A stretch of 60,635 bases of DNA from an uncultured virus (IMG/VR IMGVR_UViG_3300025865_000001) (IMGVR_UViG_3300025865_000001); one strand, 5' to 3'; shown: positions 1-10,525, counted from the stretch's first letter. Notes: generated from the sequence alone by a model not told the origin. Numbers and translations are program-made.

Positions 1-2
1 TT

Positions 3-401
3 GAGGCTTTTGAATCTCTTGAAGAAAGAGTTCGTTCTTTAGATGTAAACATTGGATTTAAAGACCGTGTTGAAAATGGATTGGCTAAGTTGTTGGAGAT
101 GATACGCCTTGATATGCCCATTCGCCATATTAGTATAATTACTAAAGTTACAGAAGTATTAAGGTATCTTGCTAATAATATTAATATACAAAGAGTATCA
201 ATGGAGATGCTGGCTAAACTTACAGAGAAAGTATCGACGACAATCAATCTTTATTCTATTCGTATGAATGTTGATGGTTTTTCTGCCTTATGGCGTAAGG
301 TTAAGGAATGGGACGACAATTTTACAGTTACACCAACCGTGTCTTATTATATGACAGATTGGGATAGTAGTACTTTTTCACAATTAGATATTATAGGATG
401 A
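3..401 (+). CDS. Hypothetical tail-module protein, 5'-truncated by the window edge
   Basis: Frame is open from base 3 to the TGA at 399-401; lies upstream of the tail fibre gene. Confidence 0.6.
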   Translation, partial: EAFESLEERVRSLDVNIGFKDRVENGLAKLLEMIRLDMPIRHISIITKVTEVLRYLANNINIQRVSMEMLAKLTEKVSTTINLYSIRMNVDGFSALWRKVKEWDDNFTVTPTVSYYMTDWDSSTFSQLDIIG

Positions 402-437
402 TAATATGATATATGCTTTTATTTATAGAAAGGAGTC

Positions 438-2297
438 ATGATGAGTACAACTCCTCATTTATCTTTAAATGTTTATGAAGCGGCAGATAATCCCTTAGTA
501 AAAACTTGGCGTGATGATTTATCGCTAAATTCTGCCGGTTCTTCATTAGTAAAAATTGATACCTGGGCGGGACAAACAGAAACTCGACTTGGCGACCTAG
601 AGGAATCTCGAAAAACTTTTAGAATTATTGCGACTTCTGCTGTCCAGGATAACTATACTGCAACCTCTGCTGAACTAGTCTCTTTAGTTGCCGGAATACA
701 ATTACAATTCTCGGCAGACCAAGTTAACATCGGTGGTTCTACACTTAATATTAATTCTCTGGGTTCTAAAACGATACGTAAGATAAATAACCTTGGAACA
801 ACGGTTGACCTTGAACTAAATGATATTATACCCAATAGAATGTATACATTTGAATATGATGGTACTATCTGGATTTTAAGGTCTGGGTTTACTGGTTCTC
901 AAATTGTTATTAATGGTACGGTTGGAAATATTATTTCAATTGATGCTGAGAACAATCCAGCCGACTCTAATATTGCTATTGTTGGTGGAAAAATTACGTC
1001 TGCTGGTATTGCGTTGGGAAGTGGGATTGTTGATGATGGCACTGGTAATATTATGTTGTCTGATACGGGTGTTGCAGCAGGAACTTATGTTGGATTAACT
1101 GTAGATGGCAAGGGTAGGATTACAGAAGTCGCCACGCCTAACCCATCACCTACAGGAAATGAAATACTAATTTCAACCGATGGCGCATTATCATGGGATG
1201 CACAAGCCCCAGACAGTGCAAAACTTGGAGGTCAATTACCAGCATATTATTTATCAACCACTGCAAAGGCTGCCGATTCTGATAAACTCAATGGGCAATT
1301 AGCAAGTTATTACCTAACAACAACGGGCAAAGCTGCCGATGCTGATAAATTAGATAATTTGGATAGTGCCGATTTTTGGAAAAAAACAGACAATGTGACT
1401 GCTGACAAGGTGGATGATGCACACGCTTCCGCCACTCCTGCTGCTGCCACTATCCCCATTGCAGATGCGGGTGGCAAACTGGCGGTTGGATGGTTGCCTC
1501 TATGGCCAAATCGAAATATTATTATCAATGGTGGTTTTACCATCAATCAGCGTGGTCGTCTCTCTGGTACCGCTCTTGCCGTCGGAGTCTATGGGCACGA
1601 TAGATGGAAAGGTGGGTCGGCACAATACGCTGGTGACTATACTTTTACTCAACTTGCCAGCCCAACAGTAATAACATTTGTTGATGCAAACAGGTCTTTA
1701 ATTCAAGTGATAGAAGATAAGAATGTTTACGGTGGAACTTATATTCTATCATGGATAGGTACGGCGCAAGGAAGATATGCCGTCAACAGCGCCACGCCTG
1801 CTGGGGCTTACGCCGCCAGTCCAATTGTGATAACCGGACAAAATCCTGGTACTGTCATGTCAGTAGAGTTTAAGGGAGGGACACTTGGCGAAGTGCAACT
1901 TGAACTTGGTACAGTAAAAACAGCATTTGAGTTTAGACCGTTTCAGCAAGAATTAGCGCTGTGCCAGAGATATTGTCCATTCTGGACTTTGGCAGGAGAC
2001 AAACTCTTATGCAATGCGATGGCTACTGGCTCGTCCGCTCTTTTCGGGATATTAAAGCTTCCTGTAACTTCAAGAGTTGTACCGACAGGTGCAAGAATGA
2101 CTGGAGGATGGGCCGCAATTACTCCTGCTTTCGGCGTTACTGGTTCAGGTTCGTTCAGTTATGCTCCTTATTCGAATACAGAGTATCTTGGACTAACCTT
2201 GAATGCCATATCAGGAGAAGGCTTAGTCGCTGGAAATGCCACATTTATTTATACAGGTGGAGGCGGAACAATAGAAGCCACCGGATGTGAACTGTAG
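438..2297 (+). CDS. Tail fibre / receptor-binding protein
   Basis: GTYxxxTVDxKGRIT motif, AADSDKLxG repeats, C-terminal NRNIIINGGF...ELALCQRY domain typical of phage tail fibres; RBS AAGGAG. Confidence 0.8.
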   Translation: MMSTTPHLSLNVYEAADNPLVKTWRDDLSLNSAGSSLVKIDTWAGQTETRLGDLEESRKTFRIIATSAVQDNYTATSAELVSLVAGIQLQFSADQVNIGGSTLNINSLGSKTIRKINNLGTTVDLELNDIIPNRMYTFEYDGTIWILRSGFTGSQIVINGTVGNIISIDAENNPADSNIAIVGGKITSAGIALGSGIVDDGTGNIMLSDTGVAAGTYVGLTVDGKGRITEVATPNPSPTGNEILISTDGALSWDAQAPDSAKLGGQLPAYYLSTTAKAADSDKLNGQLASYYLTTTGKAADADKLDNLDSADFWKKTDNVTADKVDDAHASATPAAATIPIADAGGKLAVGWLPLWPNRNIIINGGFTINQRGRLSGTALAVGVYGHDRWKGGSAQYAGDYTFTQLASPTVITFVDANRSLIQVIEDKNVYGGTYILSWIGTAQGRYAVNSATPAGAYAASPIVITGQNPGTVMSVEFKGGTLGEVQLELGTVKTAFEFRPFQQELALCQRYCPFWTLAGDKLLCNAMATGSSALFGILKLPVTSRVVPTGARMTGGWAAITPAFGVTGSGSFSYAPYSNTEYLGLTLNAISGEGLVAGNATFIYTGGGGTIEATGCEL

Positions 2298-2314
2298 TAG
2301 AAAGGATGAAATAC

Positions 2315-2416
2315 ATGAAACCTATCATCGACATTAGTTACTGGCAAGACCCTCGCAATATCAACTATGACAAGTTGTGTGCGGCGGTTGATGGCGTGAT
2401 TATTTGTACTAACTAA
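2315..2416 (+). pseudogene. Truncated N-terminus of a GH25-type muramidase/endolysin
   Basis: MKPIIDISYWQDPRNINYDKLCAAVDGVIICTN* resembles the GH25 start (IDxSxWQ...I.W/Y); its stop overlaps the palindrome at 2416. Confidence 0.6.
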
Positions 2417-2513
2417 TAAAAGCTTAGTTTTATTTGAAGGTTTATTTTTGAAACTTTCAGTTTATCAACCAAAAAATTTATAAATTTGGGAATTTCCCAA
2501 AAAAGGAGAAATT

Positions 2514-3314
2514 ATGACTACAGCTGTTATATCTGATTATTTGGAGGGAATGTTCCTCAACTACGTTTTACGTAGTGTTGCTTTCTCTTCGCCGACGAGT
2601 GTTTATCTCGCCTTGTTCACAGCCACACCGTCTGATGCTGGTGGTGGTACCGAAGTTAGTGGTGGAACTTATTCACGTTTCACTTTAACGGGTGCTTTTG
2701 ATGTAGCTTCTGCTGGTGCAACACAAAATACTGCCATTATTACTTTCCCGACTGCAACTGCGGTCTGGGGTCTGGTAACTAGTGTTGGTATCTTTGATGC
2801 AATTACTGGTGGCAACCTCTTATTCTATGGTTCATTTGGTTCCAACCTGCAAGTTGATACGGGCGACACCCTGTCAATTGCTGCTGGTGCTCTGGATATT
2901 TCATTGGGTGGAGATATTGGTACGTTCCTTGCCAATGAAATGCTTGACCATATCCTCAAGGCTGCTACTTTTACACAACCTGCCGCTGCATGGTTGACTT
3001 TGTATACAACTATGCCAAATGCTGCCGATTCCGGTGGTGTGGAAGTGACTGGTGGCGCATATGCCCGCGTAACCTGTCATGGCGCTGCCAAATGGGATGC
3101 GCCAACTGCTACGGGTGGTGACACTGAAAATACTGCTACCGAAACATTCCCTGTGGCAACTGCCGATTGGGGTACTGTTGTTGGTATGGGTATTAGAACC
3201 GCCAATGCCGCTGGAAGTTTGCTCTTCTTCAAAACTCTAACAGCGAGCAAAACCGTTTACAACGGTGATACGTTCCGCTTTAGTGCTGGAGCTATTGATA
3301 TTGTTTTAAGCTAA
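2514..3314 (+). CDS. Phage tail/virion protein with two tandem homologous domains
   Basis: Two ~130-aa copies (ALFTATPSDAGGGTEVSGG.Y.R ... ITFPTATA.WG.V...GIFDA.TGGNLLF); RBS AGGAG. Confidence 0.75.
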   Translation: MTTAVISDYLEGMFLNYVLRSVAFSSPTSVYLALFTATPSDAGGGTEVSGGTYSRFTLTGAFDVASAGATQNTAIITFPTATAVWGLVTSVGIFDAITGGNLLFYGSFGSNLQVDTGDTLSIAAGALDISLGGDIGTFLANEMLDHILKAATFTQPAAAWLTLYTTMPNAADSGGVEVTGGAYARVTCHGAAKWDAPTATGGDTENTATETFPVATADWGTVVGMGIRTANAAGSLLFFKTLTASKTVYNGDTFRFSAGAIDIVLS

Positions 3315-3331
3315 TTTATTAGTTTAATGCT

Positions 3332-3400
3332 AAATCGGGGTGGGGAAACCCACCCCATTTTAAGAGTGGGGTATAAGAGATTATACTCCAGTCTTAAAGT
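3332..3400 (+). terminator. GC-rich hairpin followed by a second long hairpin (putative terminator)
   Basis: GGGGTGGG-GAAA-CCCACCCC then TTTAAGAGTGGGGTATAA-GAGA-TTATACTCCAGTCTTAAA. Confidence 0.55.
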
Positions 3401-3434
3401 GAAACTTTTAAGTGTAAACAAGTAGAGGTGAAAT

Positions 3435-3497
3435 ATGATTCATGAAGCAGAAGTCACCGTTGTTGTTAGCACTGACCTACGAACCAAGAAATCCTAA
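3435..3497 (+). pseudogene. 20-aa mini-ORF, possible remnant of a repeat-protein gene
   Basis: Strong RBS AGAGGTG; MIHEAEVTVVVSTDL resembles the IHEGEVVIVSTS repeat in 4149..9341; stop overlaps the palindrome at 3497. Confidence 0.4.
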
Positions 3498-3561
3498 TAA
3501 AAGGTTTCTTTTATATAAAAATATATTTGCCATAAAGGGCAGAAATTATTAGAGGTGAATT

Positions 3562-4149
3562 ATGACAATTAATCCGACCATCTCTTATAACGATGTCTAT
3601 TATACCCATGGTGGTGATATAGGTGGGTATGATAATTATAGCGGGAATAGTTTCCCTGTTGAAGAAAATAGTACTTTGCTAGCAAAAGTATCAGCCTTCG
3701 GAGGAAGCCTTGTTGGTAAAAAGGTATTGGTGTGTGGATGTGCCTACGGATTTACTGTTAAATATTTGGTGGGCGTTGGTGTAAATGCATTTGGAATGGA
3801 TATAAGTTCATATGCTATATCACAAGCACCTGCCGAAATATCTAGCAGATTGATTGTTGGGGATGTAAGACTTGCTACTGATTTTGCAAGAGTTAAATCA
3901 TTGGCGAAAATTACTAGCAACAAAAAATTTGACATGATAATTGATGAAGATATGATGTGTTGCCTAAATGACGCAGACGCGGTTATTTATTGTAATCTAA
4001 TGAGGCAATATGGGACATGGGTCGTTCATCTTATTGATGTAAATCCTCATCTCGCTACTTGGTATAACTTTCACACCTTAGCAGAATGGAAAAGTCTGGT
4101 GGGCATGAGCGACAAGTATTATGCGCGTTTCTCATGGAGTGAGGTCTAA
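3562..4149 (+). CDS. Class I SAM-dependent methyltransferase
   Basis: KVLVCGCAYG motif I, GMDIS motif, GDV, FDMII. Confidence 0.75.
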   Translation: MTINPTISYNDVYYTHGGDIGGYDNYSGNSFPVEENSTLLAKVSAFGGSLVGKKVLVCGCAYGFTVKYLVGVGVNAFGMDISSYAISQAPAEISSRLIVGDVRLATDFARVKSLAKITSNKKFDMIIDEDMMCCLNDADAVIYCNLMRQYGTWVVHLIDVNPHLATWYNFHTLAEWKSLVGMSDKYYARFSWSEV

Positions 4150-7100
4150 TGGCTGCTCCTACTCTTCCAATTCTAGTCCCAACCGGATATATTACCTATT
4201 CTGGCACTGCTCCCACCACAACCACTGTTGGGAACATTGACAATACCATAGCTAGTCCAGACGCCGCTTATTTAGTATTCGCCGCGAACTCTATTACAAG
4301 TGCATTCTATGATATAACGGATATGCCCACGGACTTCGTGAAAATTAAGACGCTGACATATAATATTCGCTATAAGATTGAAACCCTAGCTGGCGACACA
4401 GAAACCCTAAAGGTACAAGTATTCAAATCTGACAGAACTACAGCATTAACAGATATAGCTCAAGTTGTGTCAACTACTGCAAATATTACTATTATTAATA
4501 AAGGGAATACTTCTTTAACAATTAATGCGACTGGTCTTGCTGCTACAAAAGCAGATTGGGATGCAGCAGTTATAGCAATATCTACAACTCACTCTGTCAA
4601 TATGGGTGCCGACGGCTCTGTTTGGAGTGTGGACGAAGTTGAACTTAATGGCACTTACGACGCCCCTCCTGTCATAACCCTTGAAACTCCCACAACAGGA
4701 GCAACGGTTGGAACTACACCAGCTTTAATCTTCCACGGGGACGACCCCAATGCTGACAATGGGCTTGAGTATCAGCTACAGGTAGATACACAAATAGATT
4801 TCCATACACTTGAGGGAGGAATTAATACTTATTATTTTGATGGACACCTTGGGATAACTGACCCAAATTCAGTTTGGACAACAATTCCTATCGCAAACGC
4901 ATTTGATGGTTTAACCTCCACTTACGCTTCTATCAATGGAGTGAATGGCACTATTTCAACAAATTATGTATATGGAAAAGGGACTACCGCTCCAAGTGAA
5001 GGTGGAACGATAACGGGGGTAAGGGCTCGTGTATATCACAGTTCTGGTTCTTCTGATGTTTCGGAGACACATTTTTATACTAGTGGTTTGGCTCAAGATT
5101 TGGGGTCAATTTCAGAAGACCCTTTAACTGGAGGAGATTGGGCATCATATATAACATTATCAACTCCTTCTGGCGGATGGACTTGGGCAAAACTACAAAC
5201 GTTAGAAGTCAAATTTTTTGAGTTATCTGGTTTGGGGTCGATGCAAATGTGTAGGTTGGAAGTAGAAGTAACATCTACAACAATTTCTAACCCCCTTCTC
5301 GACTCCCTCTCCACCGATGCGGCGGGTGACTTTGAAGCAGGACACCCGTATGATAGCGCCGAACAGGTAACTTACACGGTACAAACCGCCTTGGGCGCGG
5401 ATACTTATTACTGGCGCGTTAGAAGTATAGACCCGACCGGAAGCAACACTTGGGGGGCTTGGGTCGGTGACACGTTCACTGTTATTAGTGTTCAAACATA
5501 CGAGGGCGCAAGTGCTCTCTCTGGTACTTCTATTCTTACAATCACTGGCTCTGTAACCAAAGCTTCTGTAACGCACGAAGGTGCATCTGCATTATCAACA
5601 ACATCCGTTTTAACAGCCGTTGGTTCCGTAACCCATGTTACCTATGAAGACGCATCTGTATTATCAACAACATCTACCTTAACTTCTACTGGCGCTATAG
5701 TACATGCAACCCTTGAGGGGGCAAATGTTATAAGCGGTGCCTCTTTATTAACTGTTGTGGGTAGTATTTCTCATCAAACTATCGATTCTGAAACATCAAT
5801 CGGTAGTATATCTACATTAATAACAATAGGTAGTGTATCACACCAAATACTTGAAGGAGCAATTGCAATTGCAGTTACTTCTACTATTACAGTAGTAGGT
5901 ACTGGAGTACACGCTATATACGAAGGTGCATGTACCCTTTCCGTTACTTCCGAATTACTCGTTTTGGATACTGTTGTTAAAACCCACGGCGGTGCTACTG
6001 TAATAGCAGTATTATCAGAACTTTTGACGGTTGGCTCAGTTAGCCACATCACTCATGATGGCGCAAACACCATAGATGTCACTTCGGAGTCTCTAGTTAT
6101 TGGCTCGGTAGTTCACGTTACAACTTCTGGCGAAAGTGCAATAAATGTAACCTCAGATTTAGCAATTACGGGTACTGTTACCCACGCTATTATTGATGGT
6201 GAAATCAGCATGGCTGCAAGCTCTAGTATAACTCTTGCCGATTCGGTCTTACACCAAATGTTAGAAGGCACTTCAAATATTATTGTAATGTCAGACCTGC
6301 TTGTGTTCCCAGAAACATCGGGCACACACGAAGGTGTTACTACTATCCAAAGTACTTCCGCTCTGGAAGTGGTTGGTTCTGTATCACACCAAACTATAGA
6401 GGGCGCTGTTTCTATAAATGGAACGTCCGCTCTTATTGTAGATGGTACGGTATTGCATCAAATTCTGGAAGGAGCCTCAAATATAACCGTTTCATCCGAG
6501 TTGTTGGCTGTCGATTCGATAACACACGCAACTCTTGAAGGTGAAACAAGTCTTACACAAAATTCAGATTTTACTATCCTTGGTAACGTTTTACACGCTA
6601 TTACTGATGGGGAATCTAGTATTACAAACGCAAGCGAATTAATAGTTACTGGTACTGTTACCCACGCTTTGGTTAATGCTGAGACCACTGTTCTTCAAAC
6701 ATCAAGTTTGACTGCTGATGGCTCTGTATTACATCAAACCGTTGAGGCTGAAAGTGCCCTAGCAACAACTTCTTCGCTAACTATCTTGGGCGAAACAACA
6801 CATGCGACATTTGAAGGCGCTACAAATATTCTTGTAACATCCGAAGTATTTGCCGTATCTACAAAGACAAGTATACACGAAGGGGCTACTAACATTCAAA
6901 GCAGTTCTGCTTTGACTGTGGTGGACTCTGTGCTACATGCTATTTGGGATGTCACAAGTGGTGTAGATGCGACTTCCGCCCTTACCATAAGCGGTTCTGT
7001 TTTACATCAAGTTATAGATGGAGCTTCTGATATTATTAGCTCTTCTGAACTGGTGATATTTGGAATTATAACACACGCTATATTTGAGGGATTATCGGCT

Positions 7101-9341
7101 ATTAGCGGTTCGTCTGAACTGTTGCTTGCTGGTTCTGCGCTTCATACCGTTCTAGAAGCTAGTACTAACGTTATTGTAACATCTGAATTAGTAGCTATTG
7201 GCGAAGGCGCATTACTTATACATGAAGGCGCTACTAATATTTCTGTAACTTCTGAACTCACTGCTATTGGCTCTGGAGCGTATCTTATACGTGAAGGCGC
7301 TTCAACAATAGATGTTTCTTCAAGTCTAACCACCGATGGTTCTACCACCCATGTTACTAATAATGGTGAAAGTACTATTTCCATTACTTCTACGATGGCT
7401 ATTCTTGCCTCCGTTACTCACGTTATACACGAGAGCATGGTTGTAATCAATAGTACAAGTGAAATACTAGTTAGTGGTACGCGAACAGGTTTTGATAGTG
7501 GCGAAACAGATATTACACAAAATTCAACGCTAAGCGTCGAAGGGCTGATTACCCATGCTGTTTGGGAAGCCGATGTTTCTATTAATGAAACTTCCGTCCT
7601 AACCACCGATGGCACGGTACTACATAAAATTGTTGAAGGCGCTACTGATATTTTCGTAACGTCTGAATTAATGACTTTCCCTGAAACAGCAGGTACATAT
7701 GAAGCTGTTTCTGGAATATCAGGTACTTCTGTTTTGGGAGTTGAAGGTTTAGTATTACACCAGACCATAGAAGGAAATGTTTCTATAAACGAAGCGTCTG
7801 TCCTTTCTGCGGACGTGTATGTTCTACACCAAACTCTTGAAGGCGTTATAAGTATAAATGTTTCATCCGACTTGTTGATTGCGGGTTTAGTAAACCATAA
7901 TATTACAGAAGGTGAAACAAGGATTGCACAAAGTTCAAGTTTAAGTATCGAAGGAATTGCTACTCACCAAACTATCGAGGCAAGTGTAGAAATTATACAA
8001 ACGTCCTCTTTGGTTGCTATGGGTGCGGTAACACATGTTATCTTTGGTGCTGAAACTGAAATATCTCAAATCTCTGAGTTAACCGTTATAGGCGATGTTG
8101 TTCACCAAACTATCGGTGGGGCAATAGACATAAACGTTAATTCTGTCATAGCAGTAGCCGGAAATGTTGCTCATACAACTATCGAAGGCTCTACAAACAT
8201 TGATGTAACATCTGAGTTACTAACTTTCCCAGAACTAGCAAAAGGAATATTAGAAGGTGTTGTTAGAGTTGAACAAGATTCAACCCTTGCAATATCCGCT
8301 ACACTTATTCATGCTACACTTGAAGGTGCTACCTCAATCAATGTTAGTTCTGAGGCAGATACGGTTGGTTCAATACTTCACATAATACATGAAGGTTTAG
8401 TTGAAATTACACAATCATCTGAAATGCTTGTTAGCTCAGGCGCTACAAGTATGCACGATGGTGAAACAAATATAAATAATAGTTCAAATCTCATTGTTAT
8501 TGGTGGCATTACTCATGCTTTACATGATGCATTAGCGACCATTGACATAAATTCTGAGATTATTGGCGCTTTTGAAAAATCTAGTACTAGAGATGGAATA
8601 TCTAATATTGATATCATATCATCTTTAGATATATTGGGTAATGTTACACATGCAACTATTGATGGTAGTGCAACATTTGATGTGACCTCTAGGCTTTTGG
8701 CTATTCCAGAAGTAGCGGGTACTTTGGAAGGTATGGCAAACATATCACCAAGTTCTGCATTAGTGATAACGGCAAATGTTATACATGCAACATTATCAGG
8801 TACGACATCAATAGATACATCTTCTACGCTAATAGCTGATGCTTTGATAGTACATCAGACCTTAGAGGCGTATACAAATATTATCGAAGCATCAACACTC
8901 CATATTACTGGAGTTACGGGTGCTACCACGGATAGTGAAACAGATATTCAGATACAGTCAGAACTTAATATAACTGTAACAATATTGCACTATATACACG
9001 AAGGATTGTCTGATATTGCCTGTGCTTCTAGTTTTGAGGTTTCTGGCGATGTTACACACGTAATACACGAAGGCGAAGTTGTAATTGTTAGTACATCTGC
9101 CATACAATTAAATGGGCATATACTTGTAGATATTCAGTATACGGAGATTGCACAATTCTTTGTTGTGATGAACGTCCAGGCAGTCTTTACAGTACAGTTA
9201 ACAAAATCTATTGTAAAGACTGTAAAATTACTTACACATACACCCTTTACTGTACAAACACAAACAGGAATAGACTTTACAGTAGAATCACAACAATTAA
9301 TAGAATTACAAACATATCAAGAGTTATCGGAGGTTAAATGA
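4149..9341 (+). CDS. Giant virion/fibre protein: N-terminal beta-sandwich domains plus ~50 copies of a 23-aa repeat
   Basis: FN3-like YYWRVRSID motif; repeat HxTxEGxxxIxxxSxLxxxGxV, e.g. HATLEGANVISGASLLTVVGSIS. Confidence 0.75.
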   Translation: MAAPTLPILVPTGYITYSGTAPTTTTVGNIDNTIASPDAAYLVFAANSITSAFYDITDMPTDFVKIKTLTYNIRYKIETLAGDTETLKVQVFKSDRTTALTDIAQVVSTTANITIINKGNTSLTINATGLAATKADWDAAVIAISTTHSVNMGADGSVWSVDEVELNGTYDAPPVITLETPTTGATVGTTPALIFHGDDPNADNGLEYQLQVDTQIDFHTLEGGINTYYFDGHLGITDPNSVWTTIPIANAFDGLTSTYASINGVNGTISTNYVYGKGTTAPSEGGTITGVRARVYHSSGSSDVSETHFYTSGLAQDLGSISEDPLTGGDWASYITLSTPSGGWTWAKLQTLEVKFFELSGLGSMQMCRLEVEVTSTTISNPLLDSLSTDAAGDFEAGHPYDSAEQVTYTVQTALGADTYYWRVRSIDPTGSNTWGAWVGDTFTVISVQTYEGASALSGTSILTITGSVTKASVTHEGASALSTTSVLTAVGSVTHVTYEDASVLSTTSTLTSTGAIVHATLEGANVISGASLLTVVGSISHQTIDSETSIGSISTLITIGSVSHQILEGAIAIAVTSTITVVGTGVHAIYEGACTLSVTSELLVLDTVVKTHGGATVIAVLSELLTVGSVSHITHDGANTIDVTSESLVIGSVVHVTTSGESAINVTSDLAITGTVTHAIIDGEISMAASSSITLADSVLHQMLEGTSNIIVMSDLLVFPETSGTHEGVTTIQSTSALEVVGSVSHQTIEGAVSINGTSALIVDGTVLHQILEGASNITVSSELLAVDSITHATLEGETSLTQNSDFTILGNVLHAITDGESSITNASELIVTGTVTHALVNAETTVLQTSSLTADGSVLHQTVEAESALATTSSLTILGETTHATFEGATNILVTSEVFAVSTKTSIHEGATNIQSSSALTVVDSVLHAIWDVTSGVDATSALTISGSVLHQVIDGASDIISSSELVIFGIITHAIFEGLSAISGSSELLLAGSALHTVLEASTNVIVTSELVAIGEGALLIHEGATNISVTSELTAIGSGAYLIREGASTIDVSSSLTTDGSTTHVTNNGESTISITSTMAILASVTHVIHESMVVINSTSEILVSGTRTGFDSGETDITQNSTLSVEGLITHAVWEADVSINETSVLTTDGTVLHKIVEGATDIFVTSELMTFPETAGTYEAVSGISGTSVLGVEGLVLHQTIEGNVSINEASVLSADVYVLHQTLEGVISINVSSDLLIAGLVNHNITEGETRIAQSSSLSIEGIATHQTIEASVEIIQTSSLVAMGAVTHVIFGAETEISQISELTVIGDVVHQTIGGAIDINVNSVIAVAGNVAHTTIEGSTNIDVTSELLTFPELAKGILEGVVRVEQDSTLAISATLIHATLEGATSINVSSEADTVGSILHIIHEGLVEITQSSEMLVSSGATSMHDGETNINNSSNLIVIGGITHALHDALATIDINSEIIGAFEKSSTRDGISNIDIISSLDILGNVTHATIDGSATFDVTSRLLAIPEVAGTLEGMANISPSSALVITANVIHATLSGTTSIDTSSTLIADALIVHQTLEAYTNIIEASTLHITGVTGATTDSETDIQIQSELNITVTILHYIHEGLSDIACASSFEVSGDVTHVIHEGEVVIVSTSAIQLNGHILVDIQYTEIAQFFVVMNVQAVFTVQLTKSIVKTVKLLTHTPFTVQTQTGIDFTVESQQLIELQTYQELSEVK

Positions 9342-9670
9342 AGTCAACATTTATTAACAAGGGAGACGTTGGCACTATCTTTAGGCTAATCGTCACAGAT
9401 AAAGACGGCGTACCAATTGACATTTCTACCGCCGATACTAAATTTATTTATTTCCACAGTCCAGCAGGACAGAATATAAAGAAAACTGCGACATTTTTTA
9501 CTGATGGTACTGATGGCATTTTACAATATGTTACCGTTTCGGGTGATATAGATGTATTTGGATTATGGGTAGTAGAAGGATATGTAGAAACAACATTAGG
9601 TAAATTTTTTACTGAAAAAGCTAATTTTACTGTATATAGTACACTTAGCCCAGAAACACCTATTGTATAA
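9338..9670 (+). CDS. BppU-N-like / Ig-like virion protein
   Basis: GDVGTIFRL...DIS.A...DG.LQY...GDID..G.W..EG.V pattern; coupled to the upstream gene by an ATGA overlap. Confidence 0.55.
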   Translation: MKSTFINKGDVGTIFRLIVTDKDGVPIDISTADTKFIYFHSPAGQNIKKTATFFTDGTDGILQYVTVSGDIDVFGLWVVEGYVETTLGKFFTEKANFTVYSTLSPETPIV

Positions 9671-9819
9671 CCGAGAAGCCCGAAAAGGTTATCTGAGTAG
9701 GGCATCTCATCCTATTTAGGAAGGGAGATATCAGAAATCACATTAATAAGAAAAGGATTTGCTATGAAGATATTTAAAATAACAATAAGTACTTTTATTC
9801 CAGTTTTGGGAAGTAATTT

Positions 9820-10470
9820 ATGACTGCCGAAGAGGCAATCAGCGTAGCTCGCCTTGCCAAACAAGTTGATGAAATGAAGCGAGAGATGGTAACGAAAGAC
9901 CTGCTCAAAACAGAAGTTGGACGTATTGATACAGCATTAAATGCGCATGTCGAATACACAAAGATGGCTAATGCGGCAGAGGCTAAACGATTGGACGCTA
10001 TTCGAGAAGTTGATGCTACGGCTATCAAAGTGGCAAATGATAGAGCTGTTGAACAAGCCGCACTTCTGGCGAAACAAGTGGAGTCGGTTGCCTCAACGTT
10101 GAGGGAACTTGTATCAACAACCGCTGCTGCTGCTGCTGAAACTCAAGCCCAATTATTTACTCCAATCAACAACAGACTCGATAAAATTGAGGGCAAGCAG
10201 AACGAGGATAGAGGCAAGGCGACTTTTGCAGACCCCATGCTTACCGCGCTAGTTGCTAAGATGGAAAGCATTGCGCTCACCCTTTCGAAAGCTGAGGGAA
10301 AAACGGGGGTGACAGACCCGATGCTAGACGCGCTAAATGCTAAGGTTGATGCCCTCGCAATACTCATTACTAAAAACGAGGGTAAAGATGAGGGTATGGG
10401 CAAGTTGTGGGGCTGGATTGTTAGTGGAATCATGCTGGTTCTTGCCATCGCCGCGAGGGTTATAAAATAA
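9820..10470 (+). CDS. Coiled-coil protein with C-terminal TM helix (holin/spanin-like)
   Basis: Long helical Ala-rich region; C-terminal LWGWIVSGIMLVLAIA; last gene of the late operon. Confidence 0.5.
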   Translation: MTAEEAISVARLAKQVDEMKREMVTKDLLKTEVGRIDTALNAHVEYTKMANAAEAKRLDAIREVDATAIKVANDRAVEQAALLAKQVESVASTLRELVSTTAAAAAETQAQLFTPINNRLDKIEGKQNEDRGKATFADPMLTALVAKMESIALTLSKAEGKTGVTDPMLDALNAKVDALAILITKNEGKDEGMGKLWGWIVSGIMLVLAIAARVIK

Positions 10471-10483
10471 GAATATTGTTAAA

Positions 10484-10520
10484 TAAAAATAGGGCACTCT
10501 AACCAGTGCCTTATTTTTTT
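10484..10520. terminator. Bidirectional intrinsic terminator between convergent operons
   Basis: AAAAATAGGGCACT-CTAACC-AGTGCCTTATTTTTTT. Confidence 0.8.
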
Positions 10521-10525
10521 GCGCT

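Noticed and set aside
406..422. Palindrome-like ATGATA-N5-TTTTAT (also 27349 and 51698)
   Set aside because: Wrong spacing or too many mismatches to count as motif copies
438..2297. Diversity-generating retroelement targeting the tail fibre
   Set aside because: No reverse transcriptase and no template/variable repeat pair seen in this window
5093..8743. Minus-strand ORFs inside the giant fibre gene, and similar antisense ORFs elsewhere (e.g. 52275..53024, 49726..50157, 32405..32816)
   Set aside because: Shadow frames of real genes or ncRNAs, without RBS or recognisable motifs
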